Shown: positions 53,906-64,000, counted from the first letter of the stretch. The stretch is DNA of 64,000 nt from an uncultured Gemmatimonadales bacterium (GCA_963798085.1 CAWCRS010000007.1:1184001-1248000), one strand, 5' to 3'. Numbers and translations: made by a program. Notes: a model not told the origin generated them from the letters alone.

Positions 53906-54571
53906 ATGGCGGCGAACAACGCGAATCTGACTGCGCTCCCGCGTGAGGGGACGGGGAAGGGGAGTGCGCGGAAGCTGCGGGCGGCGGGACGTGTTCCCGC
54001 TGTCATTTACGGACACGGCGATGCGACGCGCAATCTCACTGTCGATGCGCACGAGCTGGAGCTGCTGTTCGCGCGCATCCGGGTCGAGAACACCATCATC
54101 GACGTCGACATCGAAGGCGACGAACCGGTCAAGGTGCTGGTGCGTGAGGTACAGAAGCACGTGTACCGCAATGATGTGCTGCACGTCGACTTCTACCAGA
54201 TCCACGCCGGTCAGCGCATCACGGTGGAGGTACCGGTGCGGCTCGTGGGCGCGGCGCCCGGTGTGAAGGCGGGCGGCATCCTGCAGCACGCGCTCAATTC
54301 CGTCGAGGTGCGCTGTCTGCCGGATCACATTCCGGACACCATCACGGTGGACATCTCGACGCTCGATATCGGCGACTCGGTGCATATCAGCGATGTCACG
54401 CCGCCCGAGGGGGTGGAGTTCCACGTTGATTCCGATCGTACGGTCTGCAGCGTGATCGCGCCGGCGGTTGCGACGGCCGAAGAAGTGGCGGCCGCCGTAC
54501 CGAGCGAGCTGACGGAGCCGGAAGTCATCGCCAAGGGCAAGGTGGACGAAGAGGGCAAGGCGGAGCAGTAG
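53906..54571 (+). CDS. rplY: 50S ribosomal protein L25/Ctc
   Basis: GKGSARKLR, VPAVIYG, HVDF, GVKAGG, LDIGDSVHI. Confidence 0.96.
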   Translation: MAANNANLTALPREGTGKGSARKLRAAGRVPAVIYGHGDATRNLTVDAHELELLFARIRVENTIIDVDIEGDEPVKVLVREVQKHVYRNDVLHVDFYQIHAGQRITVEVPVRLVGAAPGVKAGGILQHALNSVEVRCLPDHIPDTITVDISTLDIGDSVHISDVTPPEGVEFHVDSDRTVCSVIAPAVATAEEVAAAVPSELTEPEVIAKGKVDEEGKAEQ

Positions 54572-54584
54572 TCCGCACACCTGG

Positions 54585-55148
54585 ATGAAGTTGGTGTGCG
54601 GGCTCGGTAATCCGGGCGAAGAGTACGCGGCGACACGTCACAACGCGGGCTGGTGGGTCCTCGAAGAGGCGCGTCGCCGCTGGGAGTTTCCGGCCTTCCG
54701 TCGTGACGGCCGCGCGCGTGTGACGGAGGGTTCGCTGCACGGCAGCACGGTGCGGCTCGTCAAACCGCTCACCTACATGAATCGCAGCGGCAGTGTCCTC
54801 GCCCCGCTGCGCCAGGACCCGGCGTTCGATGTGGTGCGCGACCTGCTCGTCATTGTCGACGACGCCGCTCTGGATGTGGGTCGCATCCGATTCCGCGCGC
54901 AGGGCAGCGCAGGCGGCCACAACGGACTCAAGTCCATCGAAGCCGTGCTCGGCACACGCGAGTATGCCCGCCTGCGCATCGGTGTGGGTGCGCCGCCGCC
55001 CGGTGAGGATCTGTCCGACTGGGTGCTCACGCCGTTCGATCCAGAGGACGAGGCGCAGGTGCGCGCGCGCATTCCCGAGCTGGTAGATGCGGCGGCGCTG
55101 TGGGTGAAGGAAGGCATCGAAGCAGCAGCCAATCGGTTCAACCGCTGA
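54585..55148 (+). CDS. pth: Peptidyl-tRNA hydrolase
   Basis: [37 protein letters not shown]. Confidence 0.97.
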   Translation: MKLVCGLGNPGEEYAATRHNAGWWVLEEARRRWEFPAFRRDGRARVTEGSLHGSTVRLVKPLTYMNRSGSVLAPLRQDPAFDVVRDLLVIVDDAALDVGRIRFRAQGSAGGHNGLKSIEAVLGTREYARLRIGVGAPPPGEDLSDWVLTPFDPEDEAQVRARIPELVDAAALWVKEGIEAAANRFNR

Positions 55149-55194
55149 GTCCGCGGCGGATCGTCCGGCGCTCAATAAGAAACCCGGAGGCGAT

Positions 55195-57348
55195 GTGACA
55201 GTGCTCGGCCTGACGCAGCTCGCGCCATTGCTCGGACTCATGGGCCTGCTGGTGGCGCTCGTGCTCTACCTCTATGTGCGCCGGCAGAGCCGCGGCACGG
55301 ATCTGATGGTCGAGGTCGCGCGTCGCATCCAGGAAGGCGCCATGGCTTTCCTGCGCCGCGAGTACTCCATTCTGGGCCTGTTCGTCGCAGTGGTGGCGAC
55401 GCTGCTCTTCCTGATCACGCGCACGACCAATGCGGCGCTCGCGCCGCAGATGACGCTGGCGTACCTGTCAGGCGCGCTCAGCTCCGTGCTCGCCGGTTAC
55501 TTCGGCATGACTGCGGCAACACGCGCGAACCTGCGCACCGCCGCAGCGGCGTGGGATGGTGATGCCGGCAAGGCGCTCCGCCTTTCCTTCTTCGGCGGCG
55601 CCGTGATGGGACTCTCCGTGGCTGCACTGGGCCTGATCGGTGTCGGTTTCTGGTACTACTTCGGCGGGGCGATCGCGATCAGCGATGTCGAGTACCGCGG
55701 TTTCGCGGAGGTCGTGAGCGGCTTCGCCATGGGTGCCAGCTCGATTGCGCTGTTCGCACGCGTGGGGGGCGGCATTTACACCAAGGCCGCCGACATCGGC
55801 GCCGACCTCGTGGGCAAGGTCGAAGCCAACATCCCGGAAGACGATCCGCGCAATCCCGCAACCATCGCCGACAACGTGGGTGACAATGTGGGCGATGTCG
55901 CGGGCATGGGCGCGGATATCTTCGAGAGCTACGTGGGCGCGGTCATCGCGTCCATTGCGATTGGCGCGACCAACGCGCTCTACGCGCAGGCAAGGGCGCC
56001 GGCCATCGCGCTGCCGCTGCTCAGCATCATGGCGGGACTGGTGGCATCCATCCTGGGCATCGTCGCCATGAAGCTGCTGGAGCGACGGGGCCCGGCGGGG
56101 GCGCTGCGCAACGCCACGATCTTCACGGTGATCGTGTTCCTCGGCTTCATGTATCTGATCGTGCGCGGCCTGCACTTCGAGATCTTCGATCCGGGCATGC
56201 GCCGCGAAATCTCCGCCATGGGCCCGTTCTGGGCCATTGTCGTGGGCGCGGTGATGGGCGTCCTCATCGGGTTCATAACAGAATATTACACAGCGGCGCG
56301 GCCCGTACGCAGCATTGCCGAAGCCAGTGAGACGGGCGCGGCGACGAATCTCATTCAGGGGCTGGCGGTGGGCATGGAGTCGGCGGTGGCGCCCGTGGTG
56401 ATCATCGCATTCGGCATTGCGGTGGCGTTCCTCTGCGCGGGGCTCTACGGCATCGGCATTGCCGCGGTGGGCATGCTGGCCACCGCGGGGATGACCATGT
56501 CGGTCGATGCCTACGGCCCCATCGCCGACAACGCCGGCGGCATCGCGCAGATGAGCAAGCTCGATCCCGACGTGCGCCGCATCACGGACGAGCTGGATGC
56601 GCAGGGCAATACCACCGCGGCCATGGGCAAGGGTTTCGCGATCGGGTCGGCTGCACTCACCGCACTGGCGCTGTTCAACGCCTATGGCGCCGCGGCCGGG
56701 CTCAAACCAGGCCAGCTGGACATCATCGAGCCGCAGGTGATCATCGGCCTGCTCATCGGCGGCGCGATCCCGATGCTGATCGCATCGCTGACCATGAATG
56801 CCGTGCGCCGCGCCGCATCGGGCATGGTGGCCGAAGTGCGGCGCCAGTTCCGCGAGATCCCGGGGCTCATGAAGGGCGAGACCCCGCCGGACAGTGCGCG
56901 CTGCGTCGACATTTCGACGAAGGCCGCGCTGCGCGAGATGATTGCGCCCGGCCTGGTCGCGCTGCTCATGCCTGTGCTGCTCGGCTACTGGAGCACTGAA
57001 GCGCTGGGGGGCATGCTGGCCGGCGCCACCCTGACGGGCGTGCTGCTCGCACTCTTCATGGCCAATGCGGGCGGCGCCTGGGACAACGCCAAGAAATACA
57101 TCGAGAAGAGCGAAGGCGGCCGCGGCTCCGCCGCACACCACGCGGCCATTGTGGGCGACACGGTGGGCGATCCCTTCAAGGACACCGCGGGCCCGTCCAT
57201 GAACATCCTCATCAAGCTGATGAGCATCGTGTCCCTCGTGCTCGCGCCCTGGTTCGTGCGCGTCCACGCGGCCCGCGCCGACGCCGGCGGCGGTCTGGCC
57301 CACTGGCTGGCCAGCCTCGGTCATCTGGTGCGAACATGGTTGGGATAA
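55195..57348 (+). CDS. hppA: Membrane-bound ion-translocating pyrophosphatase (K+-dependent, probably Na+ type)
   Basis: [62 protein letters not shown]. Confidence 0.96.
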   Translation: MTVLGLTQLAPLLGLMGLLVALVLYLYVRRQSRGTDLMVEVARRIQEGAMAFLRREYSILGLFVAVVATLLFLITRTTNAALAPQMTLAYLSGALSSVLAGYFGMTAATRANLRTAAAAWDGDAGKALRLSFFGGAVMGLSVAALGLIGVGFWYYFGGAIAISDVEYRGFAEVVSGFAMGASSIALFARVGGGIYTKAADIGADLVGKVEANIPEDDPRNPATIADNVGDNVGDVAGMGADIFESYVGAVIASIAIGATNALYAQARAPAIALPLLSIMAGLVASILGIVAMKLLERRGPAGALRNATIFTVIVFLGFMYLIVRGLHFEIFDPGMRREISAMGPFWAIVVGAVMGVLIGFITEYYTAARPVRSIAEASETGAATNLIQGLAVGMESAVAPVVIIAFGIAVAFLCAGLYGIGIAAVGMLATAGMTMSVDAYGPIADNAGGIAQMSKLDPDVRRITDELDAQGNTTAAMGKGFAIGSAALTALALFNAYGAAAGLKPGQLDIIEPQVIIGLLIGGAIPMLIASLTMNAVRRAASGMVAEVRRQFREIPGLMKGETPPDSARCVDISTKAALREMIAPGLVALLMPVLLGYWSTEALGGMLAGATLTGVLLALFMANAGGAWDNAKKYIEKSEGGRGSAAHHAAIVGDTVGDPFKDTAGPSMNILIKLMSIVSLVLAPWFVRVHAARADAGGGLAHWLASLGHLVRTWLG

Positions 57349-57384
57349 GACATCCCGAGCAACGCCGTCAGTAATTGTCCGGCA

Positions 57385-58587
57385 ATGACCAACACGACAT
57401 TCGAAAACGCCATTGCCTTCGCCCAGAGCCTGATCCGCATTCCGGGTCCGCCGGGCGACGAAGGGGATGTGGCGGAGCGGACGCGGAGCGAGCTGGAGCG
57501 GCTGGGCTTCGATGATGTGTGGACCGACGAGACGGGCAATGTGATCGGGCGGGTCCGCGGAACGAGTGGCGCGCCGGCCGTCATGCTGAGCTGCCATCTC
57601 GACGTCGTGGATGTGGGCGACCCGGAAGCATGGGAGTATCCGCCCTTCGGCGGTGTGATCGAGGGCGGGTGGCTGCACGGACGAGGCGCCATGGATATCA
57701 AGGGGCCGCTGGCGCTGCAGACGTACGCGGCCGCGCAGTTTCTGGAGCGCCGGCCACCCGGCGATGTCTACGTCGCGCACACGGTGCTGGAAGAGCGTGG
57801 CGGCTGGGGCATGCAGGAGCTGCTCGAGCGCGGCGAAGTGAAACCGGCCGTCGTGATCATCGGCGAAGCCACGCACGGCGATGTCTGCATCGGGCATCGC
57901 GGTCGCGCCGAGCTGATCGTGGAGATCCAGGGCGTGGCCGGTCACGCGAGTGCGCCGGAACGCGCCAGGAATCCGCTGCGTGTGCTGGCAGCCGTGCTGC
58001 CGCTGGTCAATGTGTTCGGGGCGCAACTGGGCGAGGACGCGATGCTGGGCAAGGCGACGGTTGCGGCTACGGCGGTGCACACGCTGCCGTCAAGCCACAA
58101 CGTGATCCCTGACCGGGCGCGCGTCGTGCTCGATTGGCGCGTGCTGCCCGACACCACTGCCGAGTCCGCAGTGGCGCGGCTGGACACGTTTCTGCGCGAG
58201 CGCATCGCGCTGGAAGAGCCGTATCGCATGAACGTGCGTTTCGGCCGCGAGCAGCAGCACACATGGACGGGAAAGCAACGCGAGCGCCGACTTTTCACGC
58301 CCGGCTTCCTGATGTCGGCCGAGCATCCGGTGGTGCGTGCCGCGGTGGCGGCCGTCGGGGCGGGCAGTGGTCGAGAACCGGCCGTGCGGCCGTGGACGTT
58401 TGCGACCAATGGCGGCCACAGCTGCGGCGTGCACCAGATACCCACCGTGGGCTTCGCGCCGGGTGAGGAGCGCTTCGCGCACACCAACCGAGAGCGACTC
58501 GAGCTGCCTTCAGCGCGGCAGGCGTATGGTGCGTACCCGGGACTCATCGCAGCCGTGCAGCAGGCGGCAATGACGGAGGGCGACTGA
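57385..58587 (+). CDS. M20/ArgE/DapE family metallohydrolase
   Basis: HLDVV, GRGAMDIKG, EE, IGEAT, GHASAP, NVIPD, AHT. Confidence 0.9.
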   Translation: MTNTTFENAIAFAQSLIRIPGPPGDEGDVAERTRSELERLGFDDVWTDETGNVIGRVRGTSGAPAVMLSCHLDVVDVGDPEAWEYPPFGGVIEGGWLHGRGAMDIKGPLALQTYAAAQFLERRPPGDVYVAHTVLEERGGWGMQELLERGEVKPAVVIIGEATHGDVCIGHRGRAELIVEIQGVAGHASAPERARNPLRVLAAVLPLVNVFGAQLGEDAMLGKATVAATAVHTLPSSHNVIPDRARVVLDWRVLPDTTAESAVARLDTFLRERIALEEPYRMNVRFGREQQHTWTGKQRERRLFTPGFLMSAEHPVVRAAVAAVGAGSGREPAVRPWTFATNGGHSCGVHQIPTVGFAPGEERFAHTNRERLELPSARQAYGAYPGLIAAVQQAAMTEGD

Positions 58588-58599
58588 GCCGTCGTCGCC

Positions 58600-58628
58600 T
58601 TCCAGTCCCCGGCGCACGCGGTTATACT
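58600..58628 (+). promoter_or_regulatory. Putative sigma-70 promoter of rpsF operon
   Basis: TTCCAG-N17-TATACT. Confidence 0.55.
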
Positions 58629-58634
58629 TCGAAC

Positions 58635-58693
58635 ACTTTGCTCCTGCCTGACCCCGGCCGGGTCAGGCCGCACAGACCAGAGGAGGGAAGCAC
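58635..58693 (+). ncRNA. S6:S18 ribosomal protein leader (cis-regulatory RNA)
   Basis: CTCCT able to pair with SD AGGAG, inner hairpin GCCTGACCC/GGGTCAGGC with CCG at its 3' base, immediately before rpsF. Confidence 0.75.
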
Positions 58694-59074
58694 GTGAAGG
58701 CCTACGAGGTTGTCTACATCTTCGATTCGCAGGTACCCGACGAGCGGGTGCAGGAGAAGCTCGATCGGTACCACCAGCTGCTGACCGGACCGAACGGCGG
58801 CGAGATTACCGCAACCGATCACTGGGGACGCCGGCCCCTCGCCTTTCCCATCAAGAAGCGCGCGAACGGGAATTACGTCGTCGTCCAGTTCAATGTACCC
58901 AGCGAAGCGCTGCCGGAATTCGAGCGCCTGCTCAAACTGGACGAGGAACTGCTGCGCTACCTGGTGGTGCTGCACGAGGGCGAGCCGACTTCACCCATGT
59001 CCATCGCCACGAGACAGCCGCGACGCAGTGAAGATGGCGAAGACGAAGACTCCGATGAAGAGGAAGGGAACTGA
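58694..59074 (+). CDS. rpsF: 30S ribosomal protein S6
   Basis: YEVVYI, WGRRPLAFPIKK, GNY, LLRYLVV; acidic tail. Confidence 0.96.
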   Translation: MKAYEVVYIFDSQVPDERVQEKLDRYHQLLTGPNGGEITATDHWGRRPLAFPIKKRANGNYVVVQFNVPSEALPEFERLLKLDEELLRYLVVLHEGEPTSPMSIATRQPRRSEDGEDEDSDEEEGN

Positions 59075-59076
59075 CC

Positions 59077-59298
59077 ATGCCGCGTGGAGCCAAAGCCTGT
59101 CCGCTGTGTGAGTCGGGGATCCGCGAGATCAATTACAAGGATGAGAAGACGCTGTCCCGCATGATGACGGAGCAGGGCAAGATTCTGCCCCGCCGCATGA
59201 CAGGAATGTGTGCGCGCCATCAGCGACAGGTGGGTCTGGCCATCAAGCGCGGCCGTTTCCTGGCGCTGCTGCCCTATGTGAGGAGGTCGTTCGTCTGA
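59077..59298 (+). CDS. rpsR: 30S ribosomal protein S18 (Zn-binding form)
   Basis: CPLC, INYKD, GKILPRRMTGMCARHQR, AIKRGRFLALLPY. Confidence 0.96.
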   Translation: MPRGAKACPLCESGIREINYKDEKTLSRMMTEQGKILPRRMTGMCARHQRQVGLAIKRGRFLALLPYVRRSFV

Positions 59299-60206
59299 TC
59301 CAGCGACGGCGAAGCTGGGCCGGCGCAGCCGGGCTTCTTGTGATCACCGGGCTGTTCTGGATGATCCACTCGGTGCTGCTGATCTTCGTGCCGCTGTCGC
59401 TCATGCTCATCGCCCTGCCGCCGAGACGGCCAGCGGCAATGCTGGCCGGCGCGGTTGTGGTGCCGCTGCTTCTGCTGGGTCCGTCCGGCGACCTGCTGGC
59501 GGATTTCGGGCGAGGCTGGGCGTTGACCCTGGGTGCATGGTTCCTGGTCAGCTGCGTAGTGGTGCGGCGCGAAGGGTTTTTCCGGCGGGGCATTGCCGCT
59601 CTGGGCGCCGCGGTCGTGACGACGGCAGTATTCTTCGGGCTGCACCCGCACGTGTTCGCATTGCTCGACACCGCGATTCGTGCGGACCTGAATCAGGGCG
59701 TGCAGGGCGTCCTGACGGCGCTGGGCAGTCGCGCAACACCGGCGGTGCGTGACGCAGTGCAGCAGAGCGTGGCACTGCAGGCGACGCTCTATCCGTCGCT
59801 GCTGGCGATCGCCTCACTGGCAGCCCTCGCGGTCGCGTGGTGGGCGTACCGCCGCATTGCGATGCGCGATCTCGACCCGCTCAGTCCGCTGCGCGACTTC
59901 CGCTTCGCGGATGGGCTGGTCTGGCTGCTGATCGCAGGGCTCGTGCTGACCGTGCTGCCGCTGAATCAGCTGGCGGAGCGCGCCGGCTCGAACCTGCTCG
60001 CATTCATGGCCGCGCTGTACGCGTTGCGCGGCATCGCGGTGCTGCTGGTGCTGGGTGTGGCGCCCGGTCCGATGGGTGTTGCGCTGGCGGTGCTGATGAC
60101 GATCGTGCTGACGCCGCTGGTGGTGGCGGCGACGTTCGTGGTGGGACTGACTGATACGTGGCTGGATATCCGGACGCGCCGAGCGGCCGAGCCGCCCGGC
60201 TCCTGA
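59295..60206 (+). CDS. DUF2232/YybS-like membrane protein
   Basis: Multi-TM, position between rpsR and rplI, C-terminal GLTDTWLDIR; proposed CTG start. Confidence 0.8.
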   Translation: MIQRRRSWAGAAGLLVITGLFWMIHSVLLIFVPLSLMLIALPPRRPAAMLAGAVVVPLLLLGPSGDLLADFGRGWALTLGAWFLVSCVVVRREGFFRRGIAALGAAVVTTAVFFGLHPHVFALLDTAIRADLNQGVQGVLTALGSRATPAVRDAVQQSVALQATLYPSLLAIASLAALAVAWWAYRRIAMRDLDPLSPLRDFRFADGLVWLLIAGLVLTVLPLNQLAERAGSNLLAFMAALYALRGIAVLLVLGVAPGPMGVALAVLMTIVLTPLVVAATFVVGLTDTWLDIRTRRAAEPPGS

Positions 60207-60218
60207 GGGAGAAATCGA

Positions 60219-60683
60219 ATGAAGCACGTGAAAGTGATCCTGCGCCAGAAGCACGAGAATCTGGGCGACCCCGGCCAGGTGGTGTCGGTGCGGCCCGGTT
60301 TCGCGCGTAACTACCTGTTGCCGCGCGGTCTGGCCTACGAAGCGAGTGCCGCCAACATGCGTCAACTCGAGGACGACAAGCGGCGGACGGAACACCGCGC
60401 GAAGCGCGATTTCCTGGAGGCCAGGCGGCGCGCGGCGCAGCTGGATGGCGTGTCGCTCACCTTCCACGCCAAAGCAGGCGAGGAGTCGAAGCTGTTCGGC
60501 TCGATCACATCGGGAGACATTGCGGACCGCCTGAACGAGCAGGGTTCGCTGGACTTCGAGGTGGACCGCCGGCAGATCGATCTGGACGATCCCATCAAGG
60601 CGCTGGGCGTCTACACCGTGTCCATCCGGCTGCACACGGATGTGCGGCCTGAGGTGAAAGTCTGGGTCATCAAGGCCGACTGA
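60219..60683 (+). CDS. rplI: 50S ribosomal protein L9
   Basis: VILRQ, GFARNYLLP, KLFGSIT, PIKALG. Confidence 0.97.
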   Translation: MKHVKVILRQKHENLGDPGQVVSVRPGFARNYLLPRGLAYEASAANMRQLEDDKRRTEHRAKRDFLEARRRAAQLDGVSLTFHAKAGEESKLFGSITSGDIADRLNEQGSLDFEVDRRQIDLDDPIKALGVYTVSIRLHTDVRPEVKVWVIKAD

Positions 60684-60710
60684 CGCGCTCGCCGGTACTG
60701 ACAAGCGACG

Positions 60711-60750
60711 GCGGCCGGCCCCGCGGGGTCGGCCGCTTTCGTTCATTCTT
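60711..60750 (+). terminator. Intrinsic terminator after rplI
   Basis: GC-rich stem GCGGCCGGCCC/GGGTCGGCCGC followed by TTTCGTTCATTCTT. Confidence 0.7.
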
Positions 60751-60908
60751 GCGGCGCCGCACCGGCGCCGCGCACAATGGGAACGCAGGTTGCGGGGGGT
60801 GCACGGTACCGGAACATCCGTTCACCAGCCGAGTTTGACTCTCCGGAAAGGCATGATGAAGCGACCCGCGAGCCCCGCGTCGTGAAGACGGCCCATCGTC
60901 GGGCTGCA

Positions 60909-61253
60909 GTGAGCCGACCGGCCGAGCTGGACGTGGCCATCGACGCGGCAAGGGACCGGAAGGGTGCCGACCTGCTGCTCCTTGACCTGCGCGGCATTTC
61001 GGACGCGACTGACTATTTCCTGCTCGCGACCGGAACTTCGGATACGCACGTCCGGTCGATTGCGGAAAACATACTCCAGGCGCTCGCGGAACGAGGCACG
61101 AAACCCAGCCACGTGGAAGGCATCCTCTCGGGCCGCTGGGTGCTCATCGATTGCATCGATTTCGTGGTTCACGTCTTTCATCCTGCAGCGCGCGCGTTCT
61201 ACCAGTTGGAGCGGCTGTGGGGCGACGCTCCAGCGCAGTCCCTTGAAGCCTGA
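60909..61253 (+). CDS. rsfS: Ribosome silencing factor
   Basis: DRKGAD, DYFLLATG, WVLID, VVHVF, RAFYQLERLWGD; start uncertain. Confidence 0.93.
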   Translation: MSRPAELDVAIDAARDRKGADLLLLDLRGISDATDYFLLATGTSDTHVRSIAENILQALAERGTKPSHVEGILSGRWVLIDCIDFVVHVFHPAARAFYQLERLWGDAPAQSLEA

Positions 61254-61263
61254 GGGGGGTGTC

Positions 61264-64000
61264 ATGCTCCGACGCAGTCTGATTGCCGCTCTCCTCGCGG
61301 TTTCCGCTGTTGCCGTTCCGGCCGCAGCGCGGGCGCAGTATTTCGGGCGCAACAAGGTTCACTACCGCTCGTTCGACTTCCAGGTCATCAAGACCGAGCA
61401 CTTCGATCTCTACTACTATCCGCGCGAGCGGGCCGCGGCGGTGGATGCGGCGCGCATGATCGAGCGCTCGTACGGCCGGCTGTCGCGCGTCCTGCAGCAC
61501 GAATTCCGTGACCGCAAGCCGGTCATCGTCTACGCCTCGCACAGTGATTTCCAGCAGACCAACGCGTTGCCCAGCTTCATCGACGAGGCGACGGGTGGTG
61601 TCACGGAAGCCCTGAAGAGCCGCATCATCCTGCCGTTCACAGGGTCGTACGCGGATTTCGATCACGTTCTCACGCACGAGCTGGTGCACGGGTTCCAGTA
61701 CGACGTGATGTTCCGCCGCGGTGTGATGGCGGATGCGTCACCATTCGGCGCCCGCCTGCCGCTGTGGTTCATGGAGGGCATGGCGGAATACCTGTCGATC
61801 GGCAGCATCGATCCGCACACCCAGAGCTGGCTGCGCGACGCCGCACTCGCCGGGTATCTGCGTACGATCGACGAGATGTCGCTGCGCGACGACTACCTGT
61901 CCTACCGCTTCGGCCAGTCGCTCTGGGCGTATGTGGGTGAGAAGTGGGGCGACGAGGTCATCGGCATTATCCTCCAGAAAGCGCCGCGTGTGGGCGTGGA
62001 TCGCGCGTTCGCTTCCACGCTGGGTCTGTCGCTCGACGAGCTGAGCTCGGAATGGCTCACGGCGGTGCGTCGGCAGTACCTGCCGCAGGTCGCGGAATTC
62101 CAGCAGCCGGCGACGTTCGCGCAGCGACTCACCGTGCACAACAAGCTGGAAGACCCGTGGTTTCTGGCGCCTGCGCTGTCGCCGGATGGCAGCCAGATGG
62201 CGTTCATATCGCAGCGCGATGGCTTCGCCTTCGATCTCTATCTGGCGGATGCGCACACGGGCAAGGTGCGGCGCAAGCTGGTCGATGCGGAGAAGAGCAG
62301 CGGCTTCGAATCGCTGCGCTTCCTCAATTCGACGGCGTCCTTCTCGCCCGATGGTCGCTACATCGCATTTGCGGCGCAGACGGGTGGCCGCGACGCGCTG
62401 TACCTGTACGACCTCAAGCGCAAGGGTGTAAGCAAGAAGCTGTCGTTCGACCTCAACGGCGTATCCAACCCGAGCTGGTCGCCGGACGGACAGCGCATCG
62501 TTTTCACGGGGATGGATGGCGGTCTCAGCGATCTGTACGTCACCGATCTGCACGGCCGTCTGGACACGCTGACGCACGACCGCTACGCAGACCTGCTGCC
62601 TGCATGGTCGCCGGATGGCAGACGCATCGCCTTCACGACGGACCGCGGGCCGGGCACCAACCTGGACGCATTGTCCTACGGCAACTATCGCGTGGCGCTG
62701 TACGACCTGGACAGCCGCTCGATCGATGTACTGCCGCAGCAGAACGAGGGCAAGAACGTGAATCCGGTGTGGTCACCGGACGGCAACGAGCTGATCTGGG
62801 TGAACGACCGCACTGCGACCAACGACCTGTATCTGTACGAGCTGAAGACGGGTGAGCTGTCGCGCATCTCCAATGTACTGTCAGGCGTGATCGGCATCGG
62901 GCCGCTCAGCCCGGTGCTCTCCTGGTCACGCAGCGGCTCGCTGGCCTTCGTCTACTTCGAACAGGCGGGTTACAACATCTACAGCGTGGCGGACCCGCTG
63001 AAGCTGCCGCGCATGGCAGTGCCGCGCGCGGTTCGTCCGGTCATCGCGGATGGCGATGGCCAGGCGGGCGCGTCGGCGCCGGCACTGCGTCTGGCACCGC
63101 GTCACGAGCAGCCGTCGCAGCGCACGTCCAGCTTTGACGGTTCGTTCTATCGCACCGGCTCGAACTTCCGGGCGAGCAATGCGCCGCAGAAGGTTGCGCC
63201 CGAACAGCTGGCGCCGGTGTCCGTGGTGGCATTGCTGGACAGCGCCGCGCTGGCGCTGCCGGACACGGGCGGCTTCCAGTTCCAGCGCTACAAGACGAAA
63301 TTCACACCCGACATGATCGGCCGTCCCACGATCGGCGCGAATGTGGGCGGCTACTACGGCAACGGCATCTACGGTGGCAGCTACATCCAGCTGTCCGACA
63401 TGCTTGGCAATCACAACATTCTGGCCGCAGCCAACATCAATGGCTCGCTGTCGGACGCCAACATGTTCGCGGGCTACAGCTTCCTGAAGACGCGCACGAA
63501 TTTCGGCTTTGCGATCGAGCAGACGCCGCTCTACCGCTACTTCGGCACCTACGAGACCAACCTGGACAGTGATGGCCAGACGCGCGACGTCATCGCCAAT
63601 GTGTTCGTACGCAATGTGATACGCAGCGGCGAAGCGCTGATCAGTTATCCATTCAGCACGTTCCGCCGCTTCGAGCTGGGCGCGAGTGCGGTCAGCTACA
63701 AGAGCGACATCCTGTACCGCGGCTACAATGCGCTGACCTACGATCCGGTACAGGTGGACAGTCGTATCGGCTCGCTGTCGTATGTGCAGCCGATGGCGGC
63801 GCTGGTCTTCGATAACTCGCTGTTTGGCTGGACCGGTCCCGTCCTGGGGCGGCGCTACCGGCTGCAGTTCTCCCGCTCGCTGGGCGACCTGACGTTCAGC
63901 GAGGCGCTGGCCGACATCCGCAACTACTGGAACGTCAAGCAGAAGGTGGTCTTCGCTGCGCGCTTCGTGGGACTCTCGCGTTTCGGCGGGGATGCCGACC
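61264..64000 (+). CDS. Secreted/outer-membrane protein: HExxH metallopeptidase-like domain, PD40 (TolB-like) propeller, probable Omp85-type barrel; truncated by window edge
   Basis: Manual translation: signal peptide, QYFGRNKV, THELVH, PLWFMEGMAEY, repeated SPDG motifs, LSDMLGNH, amphipathic beta strands; no stop seen before 64000. Confidence 0.85.
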   Translation, partial: MLRRSLIAALLAVSAVAVPAAARAQYFGRNKVHYRSFDFQVIKTEHFDLYYYPRERAAAVDAARMIERSYGRLSRVLQHEFRDRKPVIVYASHSDFQQTNALPSFIDEATGGVTEALKSRIILPFTGSYADFDHVLTHELVHGFQYDVMFRRGVMADASPFGARLPLWFMEGMAEYLSIGSIDPHTQSWLRDAALAGYLRTIDEMSLRDDYLSYRFGQSLWAYVGEKWGDEVIGIILQKAPRVGVDRAFASTLGLSLDELSSEWLTAVRRQYLPQVAEFQQPATFAQRLTVHNKLEDPWFLAPALSPDGSQMAFISQRDGFAFDLYLADAHTGKVRRKLVDAEKSSGFESLRFLNSTASFSPDGRYIAFAAQTGGRDALYLYDLKRKGVSKKLSFDLNGVSNPSWSPDGQRIVFTGMDGGLSDLYVTDLHGRLDTLTHDRYADLLPAWSPDGRRIAFTTDRGPGTNLDALSYGNYRVALYDLDSRSIDVLPQQNEGKNVNPVWSPDGNELIWVNDRTATNDLYLYELKTGELSRISNVLSGVIGIGPLSPVLSWSRSGSLAFVYFEQAGYNIYSVADPLKLPRMAVPRAVRPVIADGDGQAGASAPALRLAPRHEQPSQRTSSFDGSFYRTGSNFRASNAPQKVAPEQLAPVSVVALLDSAALALPDTGGFQFQRYKTKFTPDMIGRPTIGANVGGYYGNGIYGGSYIQLSDMLGNHNILAAANINGSLSDANMFAGYSFLKTRTNFGFAIEQTPLYRYFGTYETNLDSDGQTRDVIANVFVRNVIRSGEALISYPFSTFRRFELGASAVSYKSDILYRGYNALTYDPVQVDSRIGSLSYVQPMAALVFDNSLFGWTGPVLGRRYRLQFSRSLGDLTFSEALADIRNYWNVKQKVVFAARFVGLSRFGGDAD

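Noticed and set aside
55468..58080. Long antisense or alternate-frame ORFs (870 aa here; also 34553-36010, 24808-26130, 49522-51165)
   Set aside because: Shadows of well-supported genes in a GC-rich genome with few off-frame stops; no recognisable motifs

Overview
High-GC bacterial chromosomal segment, almost entirely core genome. Gene content and order resemble Gemmatimonadota; this is inference, not verified. It carries an ECF sigma/zf-HC2 anti-sigma/membrane-protein operon, menG, glgB, ompA, cysQ-cysC-sat, UbiD/UbiA/UbiX menaquinone-type genes, a Cho-like nuclease, mutM, purD, glmM-glmS-dtd-maf-mtnA-glpK, recA, alaS, gmhA, cca, rarA, hflX, pdxJ, ispE-tRNA-Gln-[3.6 kb insert]-prs-rplY-pth, a membrane pyrophosphatase, rpsF-rpsR-DUF2232-rplI, rsfS and a truncated HExxH/PD40/Omp85-type protein. 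I saw no integrase, transposase, CRISPR array or rRNA. Most interesting signals: (1) an identical direct repeat CCGAAG-N5-CCGAAG overlapping the predicted promoters of both recA and the Cho-like gene, a candidate SOS/LexA operator I do not recognise as described; (2) a matching ECF promoter (T/G)GAAAC-N17-CGTA ahead of both the sigma operon and an M48 protease; (3) repeated CGATG->CAATG (Asp->Asn) changes at conserved or catalytic aspartates plus six +1 frameshifts, most likely long-read errors marking a DNA-modification motif; (4) several uncharacterised proteins (internally duplicated TH-motif protein, His-less tandem Hpt-like protein, copper-less cupredoxin). All calls are by-eye motif recognition; no searches were run.
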